Below are positions 16,471-25,669 of a stretch of DNA of 64,000 nt, piece by piece. Each line of letters opens with the position of its first letter. Position 1 is the first letter of the stretch. The stretch spans positions 35,533 to 99,532 of the forward strand of contig JAFTOX010000007.1 in NCBI GenBank assembly GCA_017463585.1, given 5' to 3'. A program made the translations under genes and the position numbers. Below the pieces are notes generated by a model. The model had not been told where the DNA came from and ran no database searches. It saw only the letters and a program-made list of their open reading frames with translations. Source of the stretch: Rikenellaceae bacterium. Its GTDB lineage: Bacteria; Bacteroidota; Bacteroidia; Bacteroidales; Rikenellaceae.

Positions 16471-19050
16471 ATGAAACGTGTTGTTAGGGCTATTCTCATT
16501 TCGGTTTTGATCTTTGGACAGTGCGAGTTGGGCTTTGCGCAGGAGATGTCGATCAAAGATCAGATTAGCATTCACGCTTTCCAATATAACCAGGCAATCA
16601 TAGCCCATAACTACTCTAAGGCCATCGAGCACCAATTTGCAATCGCAATGCTCCACGCTCAGGACTATGGCGAGGACCATATTAAATATGCGATCGAGTT
16701 GGGCAAACTCGCTCGACTCTATTCCCATATCGGCGATATCGAACAAGCTCGCGAATACAATCGTCAAGCGATCGGCATAATGGAGGCAGGCGGTCATCAG
16801 AAGGAGAAGAATTATATCACGATGATCGAGGATATGGCGAGCTGGTGCATTCAGGTTGGCGATAACGCTGGCGCTGAGCACTATACGCTCGTGGCCGAGA
16901 AACTCGAAAAGGAGTCAGGTGTGGCTGAAAAGAGCCCGGTACGTCTGTTCAATCAGGGCAGATTGCTTTTGAACAACAAGGATTACAAAGGAGCTCTGGC
17001 GAAATTCGAAGAGGCAAAAAAACACTCCACTCCCGGCTCGACGCAATATGCCACGATCATCGGCACAATCGGCGACGTTTATGGCGCTATGGGCGATTCG
17101 GACACTGCCCTCCAACACTACACCGAGGCTACCGATATGTTGTTCGAGCAGGAGGATCCCAGCCTTCTCGAATATAAGAACTATGCGACGCTGCTGCATA
17201 ATATCGGCGTTGAGTACCTCAATATGAGCCAATACCAATTGGCATACGAGTGCTTCCTCCGCACAAAGAATGTGCAGCAGGAGTTTATGGGCAACGAGCA
17301 CCCCGACTATACCCGATCGCTGCACGGTCTTATACAGGTGGCTCGTCCGCTTGGCGTAAATTACACAGACTATGCATTCGAGCTCTACAATAATTGTAAG
17401 AACGAAATCCGCAAGAACTTCCGCTTCCTGACCGAGAAGGCACGCGAGCAGAATATCCACAACATCTACGACGACTACTTCAATACGCTTTACGCGGCAG
17501 CTCTGTACAAGACAAGAGTGCATATGCCCGATATGGCGAAGCTGTTGTACAACACCGCTCTATTGTCGAAGGGTCTGTTGCTGAGTACCTCAATCGAGTT
17601 CAAGCAGATGATCGAGGAGACCGAGGACCCGCTGATGTTGGAGAAGTACAACGATCTGCGTAGCGTTCAACGACAGATCGATGCCGAAAAACAGAAACCT
17701 ATTAGCGAGCGTAGCCAACACCTCGCCTACCTCGAACAGCAGGCTCAACAGCTTGAAACCGAATTGATGCGCGACGTCAAGGCCATCGGCGACTACACCA
17801 GCAACCTCGACCTCACGTGGGAGGATATCGCTCAGTCGCCATATTTAGGTGCAAACGACGTAGCAGTCGAATTTGTAAATACCAGCAACGGCGCTCGCGA
17901 CTATGCAATTGCCGTTCTGCGAAAAGGCTGGCCCGCACCCAAAGTCTTTCCTATCGGCCGCGAACTCGATCTGATCTCGATGATCGGCTCGTCAGAGAAC
18001 CCCACAGGAGATTTAGACGTGGTTCAGAATGGAATCTACAACGACAACCGCCTCTACGAGAAGATTTGGGAGCCTATCAAAGATTATATCCACGAAGGCG
18101 ACCGAATCTATTTTGCACCTTCGGGTCTGCTGCACTCGGTGGCATTGGAGTACCTGCCCGTCAACAAGAAGGGCACGGTGCGTATGTGCGACATCTACCA
18201 GATGTTCCGTTGTTCGTCAACCCGCCGTATTGCATTTGACACCTTCCAGTCGGGCGTACCCGTTGCACACCTCTATGGCGACATCAACTACCAATTGAAC
18301 GAGATGGATATGCAGTTCCATCAGGACAATATCACCCGTGCAAATCAACTTCGTGGCAACGATGCCTCTACCGAAGCCTCTACGACCAGAGGTCTGAGAA
18401 GTATCAGCCGCCCGTCGAATACCTATTGGTCACACCTCGAAGGTAGCCGCAAGGAGATTGAGGAGATTGAACCACTGCTTAAATCAGCTCGCTCTATTAA
18501 TCTTTCGGTGGTAACTCACACCAAGTCGGCAGCAGTTGAAGGTAGCATTAAGGCACTTTCGGGCAAGCGTAGCAAGATTATTCACATCGCAACGCACGGC
18601 TACTATAACAACCAATCCGACGCCAATAACAAGGAGCACTCAAATTCGCTCACGCGTTCGGCACTGATCTTTGCAGGCGCAAGCAACGACAAACTCTATG
18701 AGGGTATGGACGATGGATATTTGACAGCCGAGGAGATCTCGTTGCTCGACCTGCGTGGCACCGACCTCGTCGTACTGTCGGCGTGCCAGTCGGGACAGGG
18801 TAAGGCTATTGGTGCCGAGGGTCTTGATGGCTTGCAGCGTGCATTCAAAAAGGCAGGTGTCAAGACGCTGATTGTGAGCCTTTGGGACGTTAATGATACT
18901 GTAACACAGAAGATTATGGTTTCGTTCTACAAGTATTATTCCGAGGGTTATAATTGGCGCAAATCGTTTGAGCTCGCCCTGGACGACATTCGCCGCAACC
19001 GCGAATATAAGGCTCCGAAATATTGGGCACCCTTCGTAATGATCGACTAA
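16471..19050 (+). CDS. Secreted TPR + CHAT (caspase-like, clan CD) protease
   Basis: Start MKRVVRAILISVLIFGQCELGFA-QE (signal peptide); TPR helices; catalytic IIHIATHG and LVVLSACQSG; GLQRAFKKAGVKTLIVSLWDVND; PKYWAPFVMID. Confidence 0.92.
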   Translation: MKRVVRAILISVLIFGQCELGFAQEMSIKDQISIHAFQYNQAIIAHNYSKAIEHQFAIAMLHAQDYGEDHIKYAIELGKLARLYSHIGDIEQAREYNRQAIGIMEAGGHQKEKNYITMIEDMASWCIQVGDNAGAEHYTLVAEKLEKESGVAEKSPVRLFNQGRLLLNNKDYKGALAKFEEAKKHSTPGSTQYATIIGTIGDVYGAMGDSDTALQHYTEATDMLFEQEDPSLLEYKNYATLLHNIGVEYLNMSQYQLAYECFLRTKNVQQEFMGNEHPDYTRSLHGLIQVARPLGVNYTDYAFELYNNCKNEIRKNFRFLTEKAREQNIHNIYDDYFNTLYAAALYKTRVHMPDMAKLLYNTALLSKGLLLSTSIEFKQMIEETEDPLMLEKYNDLRSVQRQIDAEKQKPISERSQHLAYLEQQAQQLETELMRDVKAIGDYTSNLDLTWEDIAQSPYLGANDVAVEFVNTSNGARDYAIAVLRKGWPAPKVFPIGRELDLISMIGSSENPTGDLDVVQNGIYNDNRLYEKIWEPIKDYIHEGDRIYFAPSGLLHSVALEYLPVNKKGTVRMCDIYQMFRCSSTRRIAFDTFQSGVPVAHLYGDINYQLNEMDMQFHQDNITRANQLRGNDASTEASTTRGLRSISRPSNTYWSHLEGSRKEIEEIEPLLKSARSINLSVVTHTKSAAVEGSIKALSGKRSKIIHIATHGYYNNQSDANNKEHSNSLTRSALIFAGASNDKLYEGMDDGYLTAEEISLLDLRGTDLVVLSACQSGQGKAIGAEGLDGLQRAFKKAGVKTLIVSLWDVNDTVTQKIMVSFYKYYSEGYNWRKSFELALDDIRRNREYKAPKYWAPFVMID

Positions 19051-19076
19051 CGCAATCGCAACACATCACAAAAAAG

Positions 19077-19105
19077 AAGCGGCTACGAATTGTTCGTAGC
19101 CGCTT
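19077..19105. terminator. Bidirectional terminator hairpin (near-identical copy at 44264-44291)
   Basis: AAGCGGCTACGAA-TTG-TTCGTAGCCGCTT flanked by A and T runs. Confidence 0.8.
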
Positions 19106-19140
19106 TTGGTTTGGGTGGGAATGCGCCTTTCACTACTCGT

Positions 19141-20205
19141 CTACTCCCAACCTGTCAGCGCCGCAAATTGCTCGATCACAATCTTGGCCATCTTCTCCTG
19201 ACCGTAGCGATTGGGGTGTCCCGACGCACCAAGATCGGTCGTATCGTTATAGACATCTTTCGAGATATCGGCCATCGCCGTATTCGGAATCGTCGCAACC
19301 ATCTCCTTCACGCACTCAACCGCAAAGGGCGAATGTACCACGCACAGCACGGGTAGCTCCGCACCCCAAGCCTCGCGCAGACGCTCGATCAGCGCTCGGT
19401 AGCCCGCAACATACTGCTCCTCGGTGGGTCGGGGCATCGTGCTGAAATCGTTAGTACCCAGCGTGATAACTATTGCGTCGGGGCGATAGGGACTCTTCTC
19501 GAAATCCCAATCACAGGAAAAATCCTCGTCGTAGAGGCGGAATGCACGCGCGCTCATCGTGAGGTCGTGATCCGACACCTGCAACGAATCGCCATAGTTG
19601 CGCACCAGACCGCGTCCCGAGTGCGAGATCAATGTATAATCGGCGTCGAAACGCTCGGCCGTCAGTGCTGCGTATGTATAGCGGCAGTTCTCGGTTTCGG
19701 GCAGGAAGGGATCGGTACCCGAATTGCTCTCGGTGCCATAGCCGCAAGTGAGCGAATCGCCATAGAACTCGATGTGGCGGGCGCGTTTCAACTCGTCGGT
19801 CGAGAGCAGACGTCCGTCGGTCGTAATCGTATGCAGCGTAATGCGTCCCTGCTCGGCCTCGGTCGCCTTCTGGATACGCACCACGTGCTCGCCCTTAGCC
19901 TCGGGGTTATCAAAAAGCACAAGCGTCGTGTGCTCGCCCTCGGAGGTCAGTTTGGGTTGTTCCTCGCCATCGATCCACACATTGAGGTAGTTACGTTTCG
20001 TGTCGCTCAGCTCGATAGCCAAGTACGAACCACGAAAACGGATATCGACATAGACACCGCTCCAATCGAACGAGATCGAGCCATCGTCGTGCGTCAGGGT
20101 ACGTCCCACCACGCGGGCGGGCGAATCAGCCACAGAGGTGGTCTTCTGCCCACCGCAGCTGCCAAGCAGCGAACACATCAAAGTCAAAATCAGCAGTCGT
20201 TTCAT
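19141..20205 (-). CDS. SGNH/GDSL esterase lipoprotein, CE2-like (probable O-acetylesterase)
   Basis: Lipobox LLGSC; IEFYGDSLTCGYG; ITLGTNDF; GHPN. Confidence 0.88.
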   Translation of the reverse strand: MKRLLILTLMCSLLGSCGGQKTTSVADSPARVVGRTLTHDDGSISFDWSGVYVDIRFRGSYLAIELSDTKRNYLNVWIDGEEQPKLTSEGEHTTLVLFDNPEAKGEHVVRIQKATEAEQGRITLHTITTDGRLLSTDELKRARHIEFYGDSLTCGYGTESNSGTDPFLPETENCRYTYAALTAERFDADYTLISHSGRGLVRNYGDSLQVSDHDLTMSARAFRLYDEDFSCDWDFEKSPYRPDAIVITLGTNDFSTMPRPTEEQYVAGYRALIERLREAWGAELPVLCVVHSPFAVECVKEMVATIPNTAMADISKDVYNDTTDLGASGHPNRYGQEKMAKIVIEQFAALTGWE

Positions 20206-22022
20206 TAGATAAACTCTCCATTAATAGTTACACCCTTAGCAAACGGGTTCAGCACCTTATCGATCACCACAGCACACTCCAAACGGGTTGCATCGCGCTG
20301 AGGATCAAAGTTTTCCAAACCCCACTCAGTCCACTGCTCAGCCGTTACCGAGCCGTGGTCAATGATATCCTGCACCGTTACATTGCGCTGCTCGGCAATG
20401 TGCGGAATCTCGGCATCGAACGAGTGCAGACCGCGCGAAAGCTCGTCCATCGAGATCGCTTCGTTAATACGGAACCAGCTCTGGTTCTCCCAGCCGACGG
20501 TCATACCCACACCCTCGATAATACCCGTAACGCCCACACGCTGGATAGCTCCAAAGTGGGGATCGGTCGCAGGCAGATCGAGGAACGGCAACAGATAGCC
20601 ACCACCAGCCAGCACCTCGCGCTGCACCTCACGCACCGACACCTCGCGCGGCTCGATGCCCTGCTTCACTGCCAGCGCAGCCACGATACCCGCAGCCTCA
20701 CCAATCTGCATCACAACAGGTTGCAAACGAGTCGAGCCATTGACGATGTTGCTCACCGAGATCGACTTCTCGGCTACGATCAGCCCATCGACCTCCTTAG
20801 GCAGCAGCACGCCCATCGGCAGACCATACGACGGAATCGAATGGAAATAGAGATTGGGCAGTGCCTCCCAACCCGTATATCGCGTATGGTGCTGATCGAC
20901 CGGATAGTCGCCCACAGCGATAGCCGTACGGTAGAGCGTAAAGTCGTAAGGATCAGTGATATGATTCAACTTGAAACGCACCTCGCCCACCGTACGACGC
21001 GACTCGCGGTGGTAGGGCATCAGGGGCATCAGGTCCTCGGTCGGGAACTCGTCATCGGCCAGATAGAGCGTATTCAGACCCAGATCGTGCTGAATGAAAT
21101 AGAGGAAATTGCGCGTATGAGCCTTTGCCTTTGCCACCGCCTCGGCACGCTCCTCGTCGTTCATTTCGATCATATTGACGTAATAGTCGTTACCCTCAAT
21201 GGGCCAATTAATCATAATTTTACCATTGGGCAGGCGACCGTAAGTCATCATCATCTGCTTCGACCATAGGCGGTTAGCCTCCTTCGGGGTGCGGCAGATC
21301 TCGTTCTCGCAAGCGCACGCAAACAGCGTCGAGTCGTAGTCGGCAGGACGCTCGATGGTCATATCGCGACCATAATCCTTCAAGATCATCACCATCGTCA
21401 GATCCTGAATAATGCCGTTCGCCTCCTCGGGCGCGATATCCTCGCCCGTTACGTGGCGGCTCTCCATACCGATATCGTACTTCACGCCCAACTGCGCTGC
21501 CACATCACCCAACTCGGTGCCGTCGATAAGCACCTTGCACTCAACCGTTTGGCGACCCTCAGCGCCTTCGAGCGTCAGCGTCCAGCCCTCGTCGGTACGC
21601 TCGATCGAGGTTGCTCGCGTTTCGAACTTAACGGTCAGCGCCTCCTCGTTGTCGGCCATTGCGCGGAAAATTCGCGCACCGACACTCGGCTCAAACAGCA
21701 GATTGCTCACCCAACCCGTTTTGAGCGACTGAGCACCGCCATAGTGCGCTTCGAGCGAGTCGCGCAACTCGCCCCACATACCGCCACGCAGACGATAGTT
21801 ACCATCTGTTGCGCTCACACCTGCCGAGGTGAGCATACCGCCCAGCCACGGACCCTGCTCGACGATGAGCGTCTGTGCGCCCAAACGTGCCGCACGGATA
21901 CCTGCCGTAGTGCCACTCACGCCACCGCCAATGACCACTACGTCATACGTTTCGCCGCCACAAGCGGTCAAGAACGCCGCAACCACAATGGCTACGGCGT
22001 AGTTCAAAATACGTTTCATCAC
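20205..22022 (-). CDS. FAD-dependent oxidoreductase lipoprotein (PF12831-like)
   Basis: Lipobox FLTAC; DVVVIGGGVSGTTAGIRAARLG; LGGMLTSAGV; IDGTELGD; STRLQPVVMQIGEAAG. Confidence 0.88.
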   Translation of the reverse strand: MMKRILNYAVAIVVAAFLTACGGETYDVVVIGGGVSGTTAGIRAARLGAQTLIVEQGPWLGGMLTSAGVSATDGNYRLRGGMWGELRDSLEAHYGGAQSLKTGWVSNLLFEPSVGARIFRAMADNEEALTVKFETRATSIERTDEGWTLTLEGAEGRQTVECKVLIDGTELGDVAAQLGVKYDIGMESRHVTGEDIAPEEANGIIQDLTMVMILKDYGRDMTIERPADYDSTLFACACENEICRTPKEANRLWSKQMMMTYGRLPNGKIMINWPIEGNDYYVNMIEMNDEERAEAVAKAKAHTRNFLYFIQHDLGLNTLYLADDEFPTEDLMPLMPYHRESRRTVGEVRFKLNHITDPYDFTLYRTAIAVGDYPVDQHHTRYTGWEALPNLYFHSIPSYGLPMGVLLPKEVDGLIVAEKSISVSNIVNGSTRLQPVVMQIGEAAGIVAALAVKQGIEPREVSVREVQREVLAGGGYLLPFLDLPATDPHFGAIQRVGVTGIIEGVGMTVGWENQSWFRINEAISMDELSRGLHSFDAEIPHIAEQRNVTVQDIIDHGSVTAEQWTEWGLENFDPQRDATRLECAVVIDKVLNPFAKGVTINGEFI

Positions 22023-22026
22023 GTCT

Positions 22027-23454
22027 TTATTTCAAGGTTATAGTTTGCGTATAGACTCTTCCAAAACGATCCGTAGCCGTTACCTCTGCCACTCGCGCAC
22101 CTGCGGGAATTGCCACTCGATAGAAGTGATCTGCGGGCGTGGGATAGACATAGGGGTGATCCAGCTTCTCGCGGTCGGCATACATCACCTGCGCTGCGGG
22201 GTCATAGGCCGTGAAGCTCTCCATCTTCTGCGCCTTGCCGCCATCGAATCGTGCCTCGATCGACCACTTCTCATCGGCTGCCCAAACATTTGCCACCAAT
22301 TGACCCGCAAATTGCGGATACTGCTCACCAAAGTAGATGGTCATCTGGTGCTCGGGCGCATAGTCGGTCGACTTGTAGTACCAATTCACCTTGTCGCCAT
22401 CGACCTCAAAGACACCATAACCGCGCGGCGTACCGTCGGTGCAGAGCTGACCCTGCCACCACGCACCACTCAGCGCGGGGATCACGTGCTCGTACAGGCG
22501 ATCGGTAATCTGCTGATTGTAGGTGGTATGGGTATGTCCCGACAGAATATGCGCATTGTACGGAGCCAGCATACGGTGCAACTGCGGAGCATTGGTCATC
22601 ACGTTTGCAATCGTGCTATAACTGAACTGCTTACGATCCTTCTCCTCGCAGGTCGAGGGGATATGCAGAATCACAAATACGGTCGCGCCTTCATCGACAT
22701 AGCTGAGGTCCTTTTCGAGCCAAGCGAACTGACGCTCATCGAGATAGCCGATATAGAAGTAATCACGACCGATATAGAAATTGTCGTTCAGCACCACATA
22801 GTGCGCCTTACCCACATTGAACGAGTAGCACACCGGACCGAAGGTCTGCTCCCAAAGGCGGGTCGAGGTCTCGTGCGAACGGCTATACAGCGTCATATCG
22901 TGGTTGCCGGGGGTACTGAAAAAGTCCAGACCCGACGTTGCAGCCACCTCATTATAAGTGGGATAGAACGTATGATCGTACGAAATCACATCGCCACAGC
23001 AGATGCCGTGGAACGGAATATCGTAGCCCTCGACCGTGCGTCGAATGTCGGCCATACCCTCGCGGAGTGCAGGGAACTCCTTTTTATGCCAGATCTGCGG
23101 ATCGGCAATCACCACAAAACCGTGGTGCGTGTCGTCCTGCGCCTTGCGCATAAGCGTAAAGTCGTAGCTCCTCTTGTCCTCCTCCTTCTGCTGCCAGAAC
23201 TGCGGGACACTCTGCTTCGACGGCACGCTATAACCCGACGGAACGGTGATGTAAATCAGCCCGTTATCGTCTGCCGACACAAGCTCAAAACGACCCTTCG
23301 CGTCGGTCTGCGTAAAGTTCTCGCCATCGGTTACGACCACCGCTGCAACTCCCTCGCCATCGCACTTGACCGTACCTTTGAGGGTCTTGACACCCGTAGC
23401 CCACGCCATTGCGCACCACACGAGTGCGACCGAAAGCAACAATATACGTTTCAT
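22027..23454 (-). CDS. Calcineurin-like metallophosphoesterase (CPTP-like, with N- and C-terminal accessory domains)
   Basis: IADPQ, CGDVI, PGNHD, FVILHIP, LSGHTH, CTDGTPRGY. Confidence 0.9.
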   Translation of the reverse strand: MKRILLLSVALVWCAMAWATGVKTLKGTVKCDGEGVAAVVVTDGENFTQTDAKGRFELVSADDNGLIYITVPSGYSVPSKQSVPQFWQQKEEDKRSYDFTLMRKAQDDTHHGFVVIADPQIWHKKEFPALREGMADIRRTVEGYDIPFHGICCGDVISYDHTFYPTYNEVAATSGLDFFSTPGNHDMTLYSRSHETSTRLWEQTFGPVCYSFNVGKAHYVVLNDNFYIGRDYFYIGYLDERQFAWLEKDLSYVDEGATVFVILHIPSTCEEKDRKQFSYSTIANVMTNAPQLHRMLAPYNAHILSGHTHTTYNQQITDRLYEHVIPALSGAWWQGQLCTDGTPRGYGVFEVDGDKVNWYYKSTDYAPEHQMTIYFGEQYPQFAGQLVANVWAADEKWSIEARFDGGKAQKMESFTAYDPAAQVMYADREKLDHPYVYPTPADHFYRVAIPAGARVAEVTATDRFGRVYTQTITLK

Positions 23455-23464
23455 CGTCCCCCTC

Positions 23465-24646
23465 CTATTTCTCCATCTTCTGTTTCAACTCTTTGAGCAG
23501 GCACTCGCATTTGTACAGACCGCGAGGTACGTGGAAACAACCCTTCCATTTACCACCTTTGAGCGTCAGCAGCACCTCGCCACGACGATTCAGGTAGCCG
23601 AACCACTCGGGGTGCTCCTCATCGCGGAAGTGCGACCAAGTGTAGTCGTGCAACTTCTCGAACCAAGCCTTGCAACGCTCATCGCCCGTCAGCAGGTAGC
23701 CCTCCAACATTGCGATTGTCGATTCGATATGCACCCACCACAACTTCTGATCCCATTCGAGCTGCTGCGGAGGACAACCCTTGCGATCCATAAAGTAGAA
23801 GATACCGCCGTGCTCCTTATCCCAACCGAAATCGAGCGTGTTCAGACCGATCTCGACTGCCTTGCGAATCAGTTCCTCGTCGCCACGACGACGCGCCAGA
23901 TCCATCACAAACCACATCGTTTCGAGCGTATGACCGGGGTTGATCAGTCGGCCGTCGAACGTATCGCTCAGCGTACCGTCGGCATTCATATGCTCAACAA
24001 CCAGACCCAACTCAGGACGATAGAAGTCGTTCATCACATCGCCCAACGCCTTCTCGATCGACTCCTCAACCAACTGAGGCTCAATCAGGTGCTCGATTTC
24101 GAGCAGCAGATTGCAAAGGATCATCGACGGTGCCAACGCACGCATATCGCGCGAGCCTGCGTGAGCCTTGTTCCAACGAGCCTTGGGGTTATCCCAACGC
24201 TCCATAATGTGCTGGAACGTGCGACGTGTAGCCTCGGCATAGCGCCCCTCGCCCGTAGCTTTGTGCAGCTGCGCAAAGGCCATCGCTGCAAACGTGTACG
24301 AGAAGATGTTGTAGGGATCAACCAGCGGCTTACCGTCGCGCGTCAATGCAAAATACCAATTGTAATCGCCATCGTGGCCATAGCGGAGCATAAACTCAGC
24401 ACCCTGACGGGCGCACTCCAACCACTCGGGACGCACACCCTCCTTGTTGCACATCATCGAGAAGAGCCAAACCTCACGACCCTGCAACCACATAAATTTA
24501 TCGGTGTCGAAGACCGATCCGTCGCGGTCGAGGCAGGTGAAGTAGCCACCAAACTCCTTATCCTGCGAATGCTCCAACCAGAACGGCAACACGCGATTGT
24601 GCAGCTCGTCGTGGTATTGCTGGATCAAGGCATCTATGTTTTTCAT
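23465..24646 (-). CDS. N-acylglucosamine 2-epimerase (AGE family; GlcNAc/ManNAc)
   Basis: GGYFTCLDRDG...TDKFMWLQGR; NPGHTLE; KLWWVHIE; GGKWKGCFHVPR. Confidence 0.93.
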   Translation of the reverse strand: MKNIDALIQQYHDELHNRVLPFWLEHSQDKEFGGYFTCLDRDGSVFDTDKFMWLQGREVWLFSMMCNKEGVRPEWLECARQGAEFMLRYGHDGDYNWYFALTRDGKPLVDPYNIFSYTFAAMAFAQLHKATGEGRYAEATRRTFQHIMERWDNPKARWNKAHAGSRDMRALAPSMILCNLLLEIEHLIEPQLVEESIEKALGDVMNDFYRPELGLVVEHMNADGTLSDTFDGRLINPGHTLETMWFVMDLARRRGDEELIRKAVEIGLNTLDFGWDKEHGGIFYFMDRKGCPPQQLEWDQKLWWVHIESTIAMLEGYLLTGDERCKAWFEKLHDYTWSHFRDEEHPEWFGYLNRRGEVLLTLKGGKWKGCFHVPRGLYKCECLLKELKQKMEK

Positions 24647-24714
24647 CTTTATATCGTATTTTCTTTAATGTTAGTTATCAATTCGTTATGTTACGTTGTG
24701 TTGTGTCGTTCGCC

Positions 24715-25650
24715 CTACTTCTTATCTAAGAAATATTCGCAATAGCGGTCGAACAGATGGTGCGCCGAGGTGTAGCTCGACTGAGGCGAGAGGAAATGCG
24801 AAAACTCGAAGGTGATCGCCTTATCGTAACCCGCACGTGCCGCAGCTTCGAGCTTCATTCGCAGCTTCTCGAACTTGATGGGCAGGAATTTGATCGGCAT
24901 ATCGCGGTCGAAGGTCTCGGCATTGGTCCAGCACTCCAAACCGTAGCGATCGGCCAGACGCTTGTTCACCTCGAAGAAGGCGTCCAGCTCATCGTAGTCG
25001 ATATGTCCATCTTGGAATGCCACAGCATCAACCGCACCCTGAATACCCGCAAAGATCTCGTCCCACTCACGCTCGTGGTCGGCCACCGACACGGCGTCCT
25101 CCTTCGACAGCGTCGACGATGCCGCCATAACCGCCTTCTTGCCGTCGATCCACGGCGAGATCAGCGTCGGCATACCGCCCGAAACCGCCTTACAATGCTC
25201 GCCCTGCTCGCGGAAAGCCTCGATCACACCCTTCGTGCGACGCGAAATCTCACCACTCAGGTACCAGCCGCCAAACGACTTATGGTGCTGACCGTAGTTC
25301 TCCCACACTTCGTCGATGACGTAACGGTTGTACTCGGTCTCCTTCGACATATCGCCCGTATCCCAATAGTGACCCGAGTCGTACAGACCGAAGTAGAACT
25401 TCATTCCGTGCTTGTCGGCCAAGCGCAGGAAGAGATCCAACAGGTCAGTCGAGGGCTTATAGCAACCCTTGCCAATCAGATATTTCGAGGGGTAGGTAAT
25501 GAACTTGCGATACCCCGAGCGAATCATAATCACCGTATCAATGCCGATCGAGCGCATATGCTGAAAATCGGCGTCCCACTCCTTCTCGCCCCAATTCTGG
25601 TGCGGAATGTCGTGGCTGATCTCATCGAGAAATGTTCCAGTAATTTTCAT
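24715..25650 (-). CDS. DUF4434-domain protein (putative TIM-barrel glycoside hydrolase-like)
   Basis: GTFLDEISHDIPHQNWG, FGGWYLSGE, VAFQDG, ITFEFSHF. Confidence 0.8.
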   Translation of the reverse strand: MKITGTFLDEISHDIPHQNWGEKEWDADFQHMRSIGIDTVIMIRSGYRKFITYPSKYLIGKGCYKPSTDLLDLFLRLADKHGMKFYFGLYDSGHYWDTGDMSKETEYNRYVIDEVWENYGQHHKSFGGWYLSGEISRRTKGVIEAFREQGEHCKAVSGGMPTLISPWIDGKKAVMAASSTLSKEDAVSVADHEREWDEIFAGIQGAVDAVAFQDGHIDYDELDAFFEVNKRLADRYGLECWTNAETFDRDMPIKFLPIKFEKLRMKLEAAARAGYDKAITFEFSHFLSPQSSYTSAHHLFDRYCEYFLDKK

Positions 25651-25669
25651 TGTTTATATCTTAATTTTA

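Noticed and set aside
11681-19050. Prophage or integrative element explanation for the accessory island
   Set aside because: No integrase, transposase, phage structural gene or flanking direct repeat was found, so it is called accessory only from gene content.
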